From Podospora anserina (lineage: Eukaryota): a stretch of 64,000 bases of DNA. Positions 25,501-36,266 of the stretch are shown here, in pieces. The notes beneath the pieces were generated by a model. The model worked only from the letters and a program-made list of their open reading frames with translations, ran no database searches and was not told the origin of the DNA. The stretch is taken from positions 2,852,001-2,916,000 of the forward strand of contig CM030338.1 in NCBI GenBank assembly GCA_017654855.1. Reading direction: 5' to 3'. Position 1 is the first letter of the stretch, and each line of letters starts with the position of its first letter. Position numbers and translations under genes: made by a program.

Positions 25501-27970
25501 ATGTTGAGAATATGGATGTGTCGAGCTTACTTGGGGATGGAAGGGTGAGTTTTTTTTTATTTTTATCTTGTTGGGATGATGTGAAGGGATGATTGCTAAC
25601 TGTTGGTAGCCTGTTGAGCAAGTGATTGCCAGCCGATTTGTCGAGGTCAAGAGGCACAAACCGGCGGTTATCTTCATTCCTAATGTTGATCTCTGGTTCC
25701 GCAGCATACCGGAGGTGGCTGTTGAGATGTTCAAGACTCTTATCATGCGCATCCCGCCGTCGGACCCGGTTCTGTTGTTGGGCACTGCCGAGTGCACTCC
25801 TGAGTTACTTGATCCAGAGCTTTTGGTCAAGCTGTTTGGGTTCTCCAAGAAGAATCGGGCCGTGATTGAGCCTCCTGAGAGATCATACCGCCTCGAGTTC
25901 TTTGAGAACTTGCTTGTTCACCTGAGGAAGTCGCCGCACGAGTTCCCCGACCCTGCCAACCGCAAGAAGCGGGTTATTGAAGAGCTCCCTGTTGCCCCCC
26001 CTCCACCACCGAGGACCCTCACCAAGGAAGAGATCAAGGCTCAGCGCAAGGCTGACTTGCACCACCTCAATCTTTTGAAAATGCGGTTGCAACCGATTAT
26101 GGATCAGATTCACCGCAAGTATCGAAAGTTTAGGCAGCCGGTCATTCCCCTTCAGCAGATTGCGTATCTGTTTGATGAGCAGGATCCCAACTTTGTCCGG
26201 CCTGATCTTGCCGAGGGCGAGCACAGGCCGTATGAGATTGCACGGGACAAGGAAGGCACTGAGGGCATCAGGGACACGGCCACGGGCAAGTTTTTTTACA
26301 ATTTGGAGACCACCACCATCGAGGAGAGGCTTGCCAATGGGTATTATGCCCGGCCGCATGATTTCTACAAGGACATCAACAGGCTTTATCTGGATGCGAA
26401 GAATATTGGTGACAAGGACAGGACACTCAAGGCCAATGAGCTGAGGACTAACGTCGAGGTGGATGTGCATGATATCAGCACCTCGCTGGCGAATCAGGGG
26501 ATCAGGTTTGACGAGATTTACGAGAGGCAGCTGCAGAGGGTCAGGGAGGCGGAGGAGAAGGCTAGGAAGAGGAAGGTTGTTCACTCGGTTATTGATCTGA
26601 TCCAGTCGGATATTCCGGGTGATGGGGATAGTGACTCTCAGGGGCCCGTGGGCATTGGTTTGCCGCTTTCGCGCAATGCGGGGACGACGGCGGCGAGGTT
26701 CCAGCCGATTTTGAGTCCGCCTTCTAGGGGCCATGGGGATTCGACGCAGTCGAGGCCGTTGACGAACGGCACGCCGGCGTCGAAGGTGGGTGATGGGGAT
26801 GTGCAGATGGGTGGGATGGATGAGGATACTCAGCCGTTGACTGGGAGGGATTTGATTTCGCCGCTGCAGTGGCCCATGCCTAGGAATGTTGGGGGTCCGC
26901 TGGGTGATTCGACGAGAGCAACGGCGGGGAATATGTCGCAGCGGTCTGCTATCACCTCTGTTCCGCCGGGTATGTCACCGTCGGCATTATTGAATGATGC
27001 TTCGACGACCAAGACGTCGGACCCGTCGACAAACCACTCCAACAACTGGAGCACACAACACACCAACGGCACTACGGGGCAGAACAACCCTGACGAGACG
27101 TCCCAGCTGGAAGACACGCAGTCTCAAAGCATCCACCCAAGCGGGTTCCTGGCTGGGCAAAGCCACAGCCAAGGCTCATCATCAAGCAGCCAAGCCTGGG
27201 CGCACTCCCAGGCAGCGGGCATAGCACAAGGGATTCTCCAACCTAGGGGTGGCGTCCCGCAGGTCACAGCTCAACGAACGCCCTCCCATCCCTTGTCCAA
27301 CGTCAACCGTGTCACCATTTCAGAACAAGGCTCCCCGACCTCGTCGCAAAAACCCGCGCCAAAGGCCGCGGCAGCAGCTTTGGCAAACATCCTCAACGAC
27401 GAGAATGCCTCCTCTAGCGGTGGCAAACCCTCCCAAAACACCCCCTCGACGACAACAACAACAACGACAACAACAACCACTTCCGGACCCCTTACCGTCA
27501 TCTCAGGTGTTCCCACCCCGGGATCAAAGGGATCTCACCACTCATCTCAGCAACCTGTCCTGCACGAGGGTCGGCTGTCAGAATTTCTGGATATTCTGGC
27601 GGACAGGACAGCGGGGTGTTCGATTGAACAGCTGGAGCAGATTTACCGGGAGCTGATGGATGAGATTTGGCAGAGCAGGCACGACTGGAACAGGATGGCG
27701 GTGCTGAGCCGGGTGGCGGGGGTGTTTAATGATGCGATTGGGGATATCGAGTTTGTGCAGGGGGTTCTGGTGGAGGAGGAGAGGGATGAGGAGGAGGAGG
27801 AGGAGAAGAGGAAGGGGAAGGAGAAGGTTTTGGAGAGTGTGGAGGGCGGTGGGAGGCCAAGTCAGGGGAGTTCGCAAGGACGAGGGGGGGATGGGTTTTG
27901 GGCTGGGTTGGGGTTGGTGGGGAATACGAGGGGGGAGAAGGAGCAGGAGGGGTGGTTTTATTTGCGGTGA
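22521..27970 (+). CDS. YTA7: AAA+ ATPase with bromodomain-like region, Yta7/ATAD2; exons 22521-25544, 25610-27970
   Basis: Acidic N-terminus, Walker A GPPGTGKT, FYMRKGADALSKWVGEAE, Walker B IIFFDEID, SRH RRPGRFDRE, degenerate second AAA (FRPRLLI). Intron 25545-25609. Confidence 0.93.
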
Positions 27971-29218
27971 ACTTTTTGTTAGGCAGGTTTTGTGTATTAT
28001 GATGGGGGGAAATATGGGATGGGATGGGAAGCGTGGGTTTTTCTTTTTATGGTAGTTAGGTGGGGGTATAAAATCTGATCTTTGTAGTGGTTAACGAGTG
28101 CATTGAGAAAGAACTCAAAGAAAGGGGGGGGTGTTTTTGCTGTCATTGCTGTCGTTGTTGATGGGGATTGCTTCGGCGTTGGGGGTTTATCAAGTTTGTG
28201 TAGGTTATGTCAGTCAGGCAGGGGTGTATATTTTGGTCTCTTGGGTCATTTTCTGTTAGTTTATCTAGAGAGAGAGTTGAGGGGGGGATAAAAGAATCGA
28301 TGAAATTGAGTTATGGTCTTTTGAGTCTGAGGTTTTGTGATTTTGCCTAAGCTATTGACCTTCTCCTTGGACAGCTGAAGTTTAACCTGGGGGGTGAAGG
28401 GGGGGGAGGGGGGGTGGTTGCTGTCGTGAAATGTGGATATTTTTGTCCACCGCAGGGCTGTTGTCGGTATCAGACCTTTCCAGAGGGAAGTCGGGAATGC
28501 AATGCTGTAGCCGCTCAAAACCTTCTCGTGGAAATCCTTGAAATGACTTGAGGATCAAAACCCCATGTACTACGGTCTGGTTCTATTGCGGGTAGTTTAT
28601 GAAGAGAGAGGGGGGAGTACAAGAGTTGAGAAGAAAGAAAACAAGATTAAGAGAACTTTGCCGAGTTTAAGGGTGTCATGGGCTTGAGTAAAGAGGTAAG
28701 AAGTCTATCCTTGATACCCAACGAAATAGAGACTGCGGTTGGGAACAAGGGCTGGGTTAACAGGTCTTGAGCCGATATTGAAGATAGCCAACAGGCTTTT
28801 TTAGTATACGGTTCAGACTCTTGGAAAAATGATCAACAAAACACATCACCCCCATCTCATATCAACCCCTCTTACCGCCCACCTCTAGCTATCGGAAGCC
28901 TATTGGTGTTGTTGCACCGTGCTCTCGGTAGTTGATCTCGCCGCTGTACCTCGGTAGGTAGCATCAATGAGCACCCAGAGCACTTAAAAATGGCACTATA
29001 ACTCAAGAGAGAATAGCAGACTGCTCGGTTTAAACAATTGGTTCGGCTGGGGATGGGGTAGGTGAGGGTTTAATTGTGGGTGGACTGGACGGTGGTTGAG
29101 GTGGTTTTCGGGTGAGACTGGCTGTTGTTCAAGGTGGTCTTGGGGTCAAGCTGGGTGGTGGCCGAGGTGATCTCGGGGCAAGACGGGGTGCTGTTAGGGG
29201 TGTCGGTTGTGTCGATGG

Positions 29219-29839
29219 TCAGGGTGAACGGGGGGGGATCATTGGCGTGGGAGTTGACGTGTCGGTTCTCGGGCTGAGTGTCGGGGTGGACGCGGTGGAG
29301 GTGGCCGGCGTGGGAATTGGACTTGATGTTGCGGTCGTGGTCGGTGTGCTGGCCTGGTTTCCAATGAAAGGAGAGATAGTGGTGTTTGCAATCCGGGTGA
29401 GAGTCGAGGTGGAATCCTCTACTGCTGTCGTGACAGCTGAGAAAGCCGGCTCAAACTTGTTGACCAGGTCTTCGAGTTGTTCAATGAGTTCTGCTTGGCT
29501 TTTGATCTTTTGATGTAGCTTGGCGACCAAGAAGGGGTCGTTTAAGCCGCAGGTGGTGGCTTCATGTTCGGTCTTGGTGTTTTTCGCAGTCTCGTAGTGC
29601 TTGGTCAGTTCGATTGTATGTCCAGAGAAATCAAGCCAGTAGTGAGCCCAGGAATGGTAGAGATCAGCCCTTTTTTCGGTCTGGGTGCAAAGCGGGAGTT
29701 GATTGCGGTTCTCGGTCATGAATTTACTCTATGTGGCATCGAAGTACCTTTGCAGGACTACGGAGGACAGGTAGTTCATTGCCTCCGGTCCCATCCCCTG
29801 TCCCATCTTTCAATGACCACGACAAGCGGTGTTTGGCAT
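29219..29839 (-). pseudogene. Orphan ORF with in-frame stops (TGA 29812-29810, TAG 29731-29729) upstream of a 166-aa ORF: pseudogene or editing-dependent gene
   Basis: ATG 29839 (CATCATG context), ATG 29806 and ATG 29719 share one frame. Product has an aromatic helix, a coiled coil and a Thr/Pro-rich tail. Possible frameshift at the G8 run 29230-29237. Confidence 0.45.
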
Positions 29840-31179
29840 GATGGAGAAAGTGGTCAGCTTCCAGTAGTAAGGTATAAAGGCGAGTTCGATCGTGATGAAG
29901 CACAGGGGAAAGAGGAACAAGTGCAATGTTTTTGGTTGCGAAGTATAAATACCCTCTCAGGAGTTTTGGTGGGTCATTGACAAACCGGCGTTGCACCACT
30001 CCTAGCTGGCCACCGGACAACTTGCTGGAATTACATCATCCAGCGGACTCCCCTTTTGATAGGTAAAATAATGACACTTGATATTTAGTCTGAAGCCATT
30101 CAAAGATGGTCAAGAAGCCTTAAATGGGAGCTAGTAGGCACCAAAGGATACCCTAGTCAACAGGCGGGATAAAGTCCACACGCCAAAAAAAAAACTAAAA
30201 AACTTCAACGATAGTCAACAAACCTATTTCCTCACCAGAATGGTATAGGTCAACCGTCATCACACGTAACTGATTTTCATGACTGGCTATTTTGTCTAGG
30301 ACGTGAGAGTGGGAAGGCTGTCAAGCACCTGGTTGCTACAGCACTTCTCTCAAGACTTGGGCACCAAAAGCACGGCACAGTCGAAGTAGGTAGACAACTT
30401 CCAATTCATTCCCATACCAACCTGGAATTTTCGACTTTAAAATAATAGATACATGAAATACTCAATCCCATACTCTCCTTCTTTAAGGTCCAACCTTTCG
30501 GTGAATCACAACTCGCCATCAGATTCATGGCCAGGCCACCGCAGGTGAAACACCTGAGACCGTATCGTTTTGAAAAGGTGGTAGATCTAGGGCCTCCAGT
30601 GATTAGGTGCTCAAAGCAGCTCTCCAGCTTGATGGCATGATTGCGAAGAGGTTGTATCATATGTCTTGTCCAGTCTCTCCTGTATGACTACCTACCTAGG
30701 TGCTGGGAATAATATACAAGAGTATAGGGAGTAAAGTATTGGCTGACAGGTTGCTCGGAAGGTGATTGTGTTCTATTCTGATAACGGGACACGCTGTGGG
30801 CAAAATAAAGGCATTATATTATACCTATCTTTTGAGGACTTTGATATTTTGCCGCAGTCTCTATTCTTCTGTCTATGGCGTGCACGAGTTAAATTGTGCT
30901 CAGGATAACAGAGCGTTTGATTCAACGGGTGACAAGGTTGGGTTGTTTGAACGAGTTTCTAACCGGCGTTGAGTTTACCGTACTATGCTCACCTGGAGCG
31001 GGGTGAGGGTTAGAGTAAAAATCGTGGTGATATTTATACCATACCTATCTAAGCTTCCACTTTAGGGGTGTATCTCTCGGCAGCAATCTCCATTTCTTTG
31101 TCTATAACGTGCCCAACCCGAATTGAGATTGCCATCCATGGCAACAACCACACCAAACCAATATCTCCTACACCAAAAA

Positions 31180-31214
<35 letters not shown>

Positions 31215-31278
31215 GAAAAAAACACATTCACCATCACTAACCAATTCTCCAAAAATATCTCCATCCTTCTACCCTTCC

Positions 31279-31959
31279 TCAAGGACCCCAAGGCTGCCCA
31301 CAAGAAGCGGCTGGCTTCCCCTCCGCTAAGCCTTTAGTTCTGGGGGCCTCATGAACCGACAAACCCGCCTCAGAAGCTGGACTTTCAGCTTTCACTGTCA
31401 AATTCGGTGTGTTGATCTGTGTACCAACAGCCGAAATTCCACCTGTGATGGTGGAAGAAAAGTTGAAGGTGGGAGGCTTGTCATGTTTACCGAGGTTTTT
31501 CGTATCCCTCAGCGAGTTTTGCATCCATTTATTGAAATCTTGAATCGTCTTATTCAAGTTCTCCAGAGTCTTATTCAAGTCTCCCATGGCCCCTTCGAGG
31601 CTCTTATTGGGGTTCTCCACGTCCGTTCCAGATTCCCCCATGTCCTCCTTGAGGGCTTCTGTGGCCTCGTAATTTTCTTCGAAGGGTCCACTGACAGGAG
31701 TGGCTCTGTCTTCGAAGACGCCTCCATCTGAGGCCGGGTTCTGCGACCAGTTGATGGCTTCCCCGCGCGCTTCAGCACATTGCTTGAACCAATTGGCCCA
31801 GTTCCACATCCTCAAGCCCACTTCATTGTGGGTTAAATCGATGCGTCTGGTGTACACCGCCCAGTTGATTTCTCGGAACTGCGCTTCTAGGCGCTCGACG
31901 ACGGCGGGATCAGAGGCGATCCTGGGCCGGTAGTAGGTCGTTGGCAAGTGGTTAGACAT
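31279..31959 (-). CDS. Orphan protein (~226 aa): Trp-rich N-terminal helix, heptad coiled-coil repeat, C-terminal polar beta-like motif
   Basis: Uninterrupted ORF from ATG 31959 (ATCAAAATG context), TATA-like TATTAATA near 32150, pyrimidine-rich leader. No family recognised. Confidence 0.6.
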   Translation of the reverse strand: MSNHLPTTYYRPRIASDPAVVERLEAQFREINWAVYTRRIDLTHNEVGLRMWNWANWFKQCAEARGEAINWSQNPASDGGVFEDRATPVSGPFEENYEATEALKEDMGESGTDVENPNKSLEGAMGDLNKTLENLNKTIQDFNKWMQNSLRDTKNLGKHDKPPTFNFSSTITGGISAVGTQINTPNLTVKAESPASEAGLSVHEAPRTKGLAEGKPAASCGQPWGP

Positions 31960-32029
31960 TTTGATGATTGAGTCCAATGGATGGTTTTTGCTGAGTCTCT
32001 GGAGTGGTGGTGACGACGAGGATGTGACG

Positions 32030-32142
32030 AGAGTGGTGAAGAGTGAGAGTGGTGAAGAGTGAGAGAGACGAAGAGTGAGAGAGACGAAGAGTAAGAAAGA
32101 CGAAGAGTGAGAGAGACGAAGAGTGAGAGTGGCGAAGAGTGA
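32030..32142. repeat. 16-bp minisatellite (consensus GAGAGACGAAGAGTGA, ~7 imperfect copies)
   Basis: Directly visible tandem units gagtggtgaagagtga / gagagacgaagagtga. Confidence 0.9.
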
Positions 32143-32301
32143 GGCTGGTATTAATAGGTATGAATAAATAACCTCACAAAATCATACTTTGAATAAAGAA
32201 AATCTTCCAAAGTCTAACCACCCTGAACAAAACTCAGATTACGCCTATCTGATTCACATCTTCCCATCAAGCCACGATCTCCTCCCATTTGCGGCTCAAA
32301 T

Positions 32302-32531
32302 CAGCAGCCAAAGTCTCTTTTCCAAGCTCTCTGGCCAGCAAGCAAAACGTCATCTTGACTCTCACAACTCAGATCAACCCCCATGACAGCTTCGCCTCCA
32401 CTTATCCAGCAAGACCCAGCAGCCAAAGCCTCCTTTTCCAAGCCCTCCAACCGGCAAAGCAAATGTTATCTTCACCCTCACAAACCCAAATCAGCTGCCA
32501 CGACAGCTTTGCCTCCACTTGTCCAGCAACC
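32302..32531. repeat. Diverged tandem duplication, ~115-bp unit, 2 copies
   Basis: cagcagccaaag...ttttccaagc...gacagctt(c/t)gcctccactt(a/g)tccagcaa starts at 32302 and again at 32417. Confidence 0.85.
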
Positions 32532-32647
32532 ATCTTTGCAATTCCCTCATCGCAAGCCATTGAGGTCCACACGGGGAGCCCTTCCTCGGAAATCTCTCAC
32601 CTGAACTTACCACTCACCACCTCCAACCTACCACGCCCCCCTCAACC

Positions 32648-33188
32648 CTAAGAACTCCACAGCAACCCCAACCCCTTCTTCCCCTCCTTCCCCTCCTCAC
32701 CCTCCTTCTCCCCCCCCTGCCCAACAGCCCCCTTCAAATCATCAAACACCCCTCCCACCGCCCCCCGAATCCGTCCCTCGATCTTTTCCCCCAATCTCCC
32801 CCCCTCCTGTCTGCCATCTTTCTGTTTTCCTCCCTCCAGCTCCGCCCCCTCCTCATCCTCCTCACTGGTGAGCTTAGGCCGCTTAACGTGTGCCTGGTCC
32901 AGCCCGGAAACTGTCTCTGGGGCTGAGGTCTCGGCTGGAGCAGAGGTTGTGGGGAGGGTGGTGGTTTGGTCGAGGGTGGAGTAGGGGGTGGTGATGGTGC
33001 GGGTGGAGGGTTGGTCGGGGGATGTGGTTGTGGTGGTGGGTTCGGTGGTGGAAGTGGTGGGTTGGGTGGTGGAGGTGGTGGTGGTGTTAGGGAGGGAGGT
33101 GTGCTATTCTGTTAGCATATATCAATATGATTGGAAATAAACAACCTACCCCGGTGGGGTGCTCGTTGGGGCAAAAGTATTGAGACAT
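32648..33188 (-). CDS. Orphan Thr-rich / Glu-Gly-rich protein; exons 33188-33150, 33103-32648
   Basis: MSQYFCPNEHPTG, then a 46-nt intron (GTAGGT...GCTAAC...TAG), then an open frame HTSLPNTTTTSTTQPTTSTTEP...KRPKLTSEEDEEG...LLWSS*. TATATATA near 33295. Confidence 0.5.
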
Positions 33189-33776
33189 CCTGAAGAACAG
33201 ACTGGTGTAGTTCGGTGTTGAATGTGTATGATGGGATGAGATAGGTAGGTAGGTGATGATGGGATTCAAAGGACGAGGAGGAGGTACGGGAGTATATATA
33301 CACCTTCTCACACGATTCAAGGATGCCAAAAAAAAAGGCCCTTTCATTAATCATCCCAGAACCCGCTTTGTGTCCCGTTCACACAAAAGTCCCTTTGCGC
33401 TCCCCTATTTGCGGGGTCTTATATTACATGTGTATGCCTCTGTGACATTCAGCATCACCTCCCCCCACCTCCCAGCTCCCACACCAGACAACCCCTCTCG
33501 GTTGGGAGGACAAAGTGTTTCCGGTATGAAACGAGCTGACCGCCTGATCAAAGTGTGATCGTGACCGGCCAGGTGGTACTGCCGTGTCTCCCAGAACACC
33601 GGATCATTCCACACGGGCCGGCGATGGGAGCGAGTCCTCCTCAGCTGAGCCCGAACAAACCCGTAACATGCCCCTGACACACACACAATCCACAGCCTTG
33701 AAACCGCCCTTGTCCGCCCCTCCCACGTAAGCTCTTACGTCCCCTCCCCAAAACAGGGCTCGCAACACCGTCTCTC

Positions 33777-35852
33777 TCACAACTTACTCCCCCTCTCCGG
33801 CCTCGAAAGCGCCCCACTCATCATGTACATCTCCTCCTGTCTCTCCGGCGCCCTTCCAAACAACACCGCCTCCCGTCCCCCCTTCGTCCCCCACCACGCC
33901 ACCCCGATAGCGGCCCTCTCAACGTCCATCTCCCCACTCACCAACACCTCCCAGAACCTCCTCTTCACCACCTCCCTCAACGCAGAATCCCTAATCTCAT
34001 TCACCGCGTGAGAAGCAAGCGTCATCCAATCCTCAAAGATATCCAACTGCAAAAACGGCAACGCATCAATCAACGTCAAAACAAGCGTACTCTGCTCCGA
34101 CATCGGCTCCTGAGCCTCCAGGGGATCAGCAGCCGGCGGCGGCGGAAGCGGTGCCTGCCCATTAGGATCCTGTCCAGCAATACTAGCTCGGTAGCGGACC
34201 ATCTCAAGGAGTGTCTCCGCCAGCTGTGGATGACTGGCGGCAATAGGGAAGGGGGGTGATAAAATCTGCATGACTGTTTTGAATGCTAGACGGAATTGCC
34301 GTGGGGAGATGTGCTTGGGAAATGAGGAAAACAAAGTTTCTGCGTAGAATGGGACGATCTTGACGGTGATGGGTGCGTTGTGTGGGCATGATAAGACCGA
34401 CAAAACCGCGCTGTGGGCTGACTCGAACAGCTCCATCATGCGAGGTGATAGGGGCGCTGCTGCGTTGGTGAGGTAGGTGATTGCCGGCTGGATGATCAAC
34501 TTGTCGCACGCTTCTGGTGGGAGGTGGAGTGGTAGGTGTTCGGCTACGTTGAGGTAGAACAAGTCGAGTGTGCGGTGGAGGGGATGGAAGGGGATTGTGC
34601 CTTCGGTGTTTGGTTTGATTTCCTCCAGGAACGCTGCTGAGGCGTCCCCGAAGCGGGAGAGTGTGTCGAGGGAGGTTAGGTAGGTGAACTGGTACACCTG
34701 GAAGGAGTCGCTTCCGTTCCTGGAAGAGATAAAGTAAAGGTTTCGAAGAGTGTGTAGTGTCTTGGCGGCCACCACTGACGCCACATCGTGCTTCTTGAGG
34801 CGCCAGTCAAGAAGACTGCGGGCCACGACGGCTTGCGAGACGGCGACGATGGCATACATGACTTTCTTGAGGAAGTTCCAGAGCCCCTCCCATGTCCCTG
34901 ACATGGTTTCCGGGGTGAGGTAGATGCTTTCCTCGGAGATCTCCAGCTCGGAAAGCTTGTTGTTTACTTGCCAATGCTGAAACAGCTTCCCCGTAAACGC
35001 GATCAAGTCATCCTGAAGCTGGAGGATTACTTGGGAATCCCGAGCATTCTGAATGGCGTACCCCAGCAACCTCGAAAGGGGGCCCAGGCCAGACACCAAT
35101 GGCTTCTTCTCCAGCTGGGTGATATGGAGGTATGACGGCGAGTTTGGTTCCCACGTGAACCTTTCCACAGCTTGTCGAACATCGATATCAACGGCGCCAA
35201 GAAAATACCCATTCTCAAGACCATCAGCACCAAGCATGGCCGTCGTCGCAGCCGGGATCAGAGCATCGCAGTTCAACGAGGCGCGTGATGACTCCGACAG
35301 CAAGGAAAACGTAAAGTTGAGCGCCAAAGTGACAGGTCCAGCAGGCGCTTGCGGGACTGGTTCATTCTTCCTCAGCGCAAGATTGGCAGCCGTGACAACA
35401 GCACGCTCAACCGTCCGGCGCATCCCTCCGCTTAACGAATTCCGGTTCCCGCTCTCCATCCCCATCAACACACCGGCAAACACCAAAAGATGCTGCCATC
35501 TGTTTGATTGACCGTCGGCTCCCTTCAGAACCGCTGCTGCCCATGCGTCACTGCCCAAGCCGCCACCCGCCCGCGGACCCTTGTGTTTGGCGTTCTCAAG
35601 CTCGTTCCGGCGCACGTGAATGGCGGCTGAGTTGAAGATGCTGATGACCCGATAACATGTGCGCATGGCATCCGGACGGCCCCATATTGCCGGCGCAATC
35701 AATAGTTGTGAGGTGAGCAGCGAAAGATTCAGGGGATTCGAAAGGTTGGTCAACAGCGCCGTGGTTGACCCGTAAATCTGCTCGGTGCGCGCATCGTCGT
35801 GAACGTCTTGGTAGAGCTCCAGGACCTTGGTCAGTAGGCGGTCGATAGACAT
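33777..35852 (-). CDS. PEX8: Peroxin Pex8 (peroxisomal importomer component)
   Basis: 691-aa helical protein with LSNPLNLSLLTSQLL, RWQHLLV, ELFESAHSAVLSV, WWGTKGGRE and C-terminal PTS1 SKL, consistent with fungal Pex8. Confidence 0.82.
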   Translation of the reverse strand: MSIDRLLTKVLELYQDVHDDARTEQIYGSTTALLTNLSNPLNLSLLTSQLLIAPAIWGRPDAMRTCYRVISIFNSAAIHVRRNELENAKHKGPRAGGGLGSDAWAAAVLKGADGQSNRWQHLLVFAGVLMGMESGNRNSLSGGMRRTVERAVVTAANLALRKNEPVPQAPAGPVTLALNFTFSLLSESSRASLNCDALIPAATTAMLGADGLENGYFLGAVDIDVRQAVERFTWEPNSPSYLHITQLEKKPLVSGLGPLSRLLGYAIQNARDSQVILQLQDDLIAFTGKLFQHWQVNNKLSELEISEESIYLTPETMSGTWEGLWNFLKKVMYAIVAVSQAVVARSLLDWRLKKHDVASVVAAKTLHTLRNLYFISSRNGSDSFQVYQFTYLTSLDTLSRFGDASAAFLEEIKPNTEGTIPFHPLHRTLDLFYLNVAEHLPLHLPPEACDKLIIQPAITYLTNAAAPLSPRMMELFESAHSAVLSVLSCPHNAPITVKIVPFYAETLFSSFPKHISPRQFRLAFKTVMQILSPPFPIAASHPQLAETLLEMVRYRASIAGQDPNGQAPLPPPPAADPLEAQEPMSEQSTLVLTLIDALPFLQLDIFEDWMTLASHAVNEIRDSALREVVKRRFWEVLVSGEMDVERAAIGVAWWGTKGGREAVLFGRAPERQEEMYMMSGALSRPERGSKL

Positions 35853-36266
35853 GGCGGGTTGCGGTCGACCGGAACTTGGATTAATTCATAAGAGAGACGG
35901 GGAAACAGTCCAACTCTGAACAAGCAGCACCAATAGTGAGAAGAACAATGAGCGAATCGACAGAATTACAGTTTGATATTGAAAAGGCAGTGAATCTACA
36001 AAAGTCGAGGGGCAGGCGCGCGCGCTCGGCATCAAAGGTGCGCCGCGCCTGGGTGTGTCGTCGGTGCCGAGGCATATGCTTATAGCCGGGTTATGCATTA
36101 ACCAAGCTCGCCCAGCTCTGCCTTGTTAGTGCCCCGATGCGCTGAACTCAGCACCAACCACCATCTAATAACTACGGGGGCTCAGCTGCAGCTTGATCCA
36201 CTGGCGATACTGATATCCATTCCTGCAACGGACGACACGGCCGGAACTTGGCGCTGCCTGGTCGCG

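Noticed and set aside
4442..27970. Functional cluster of chromatin factors (STH1, WDR70, SWC5, YTA7)
   Set aside because: Interspersed with unrelated genes and compatible with chance in a housekeeping-dense region.
30406..30660. 84-aa ORF
   Set aside because: No recognisable motif, codon bias or splice support.
28000..31050. Transposon or RIP relic
   Set aside because: No terminal repeats, transposase or RT motifs, or strong AT enrichment recognisable by eye.
32030..32142. CRISPR-like array
   Set aside because: Contiguous tandem units without unique spacers, in a eukaryotic genome.
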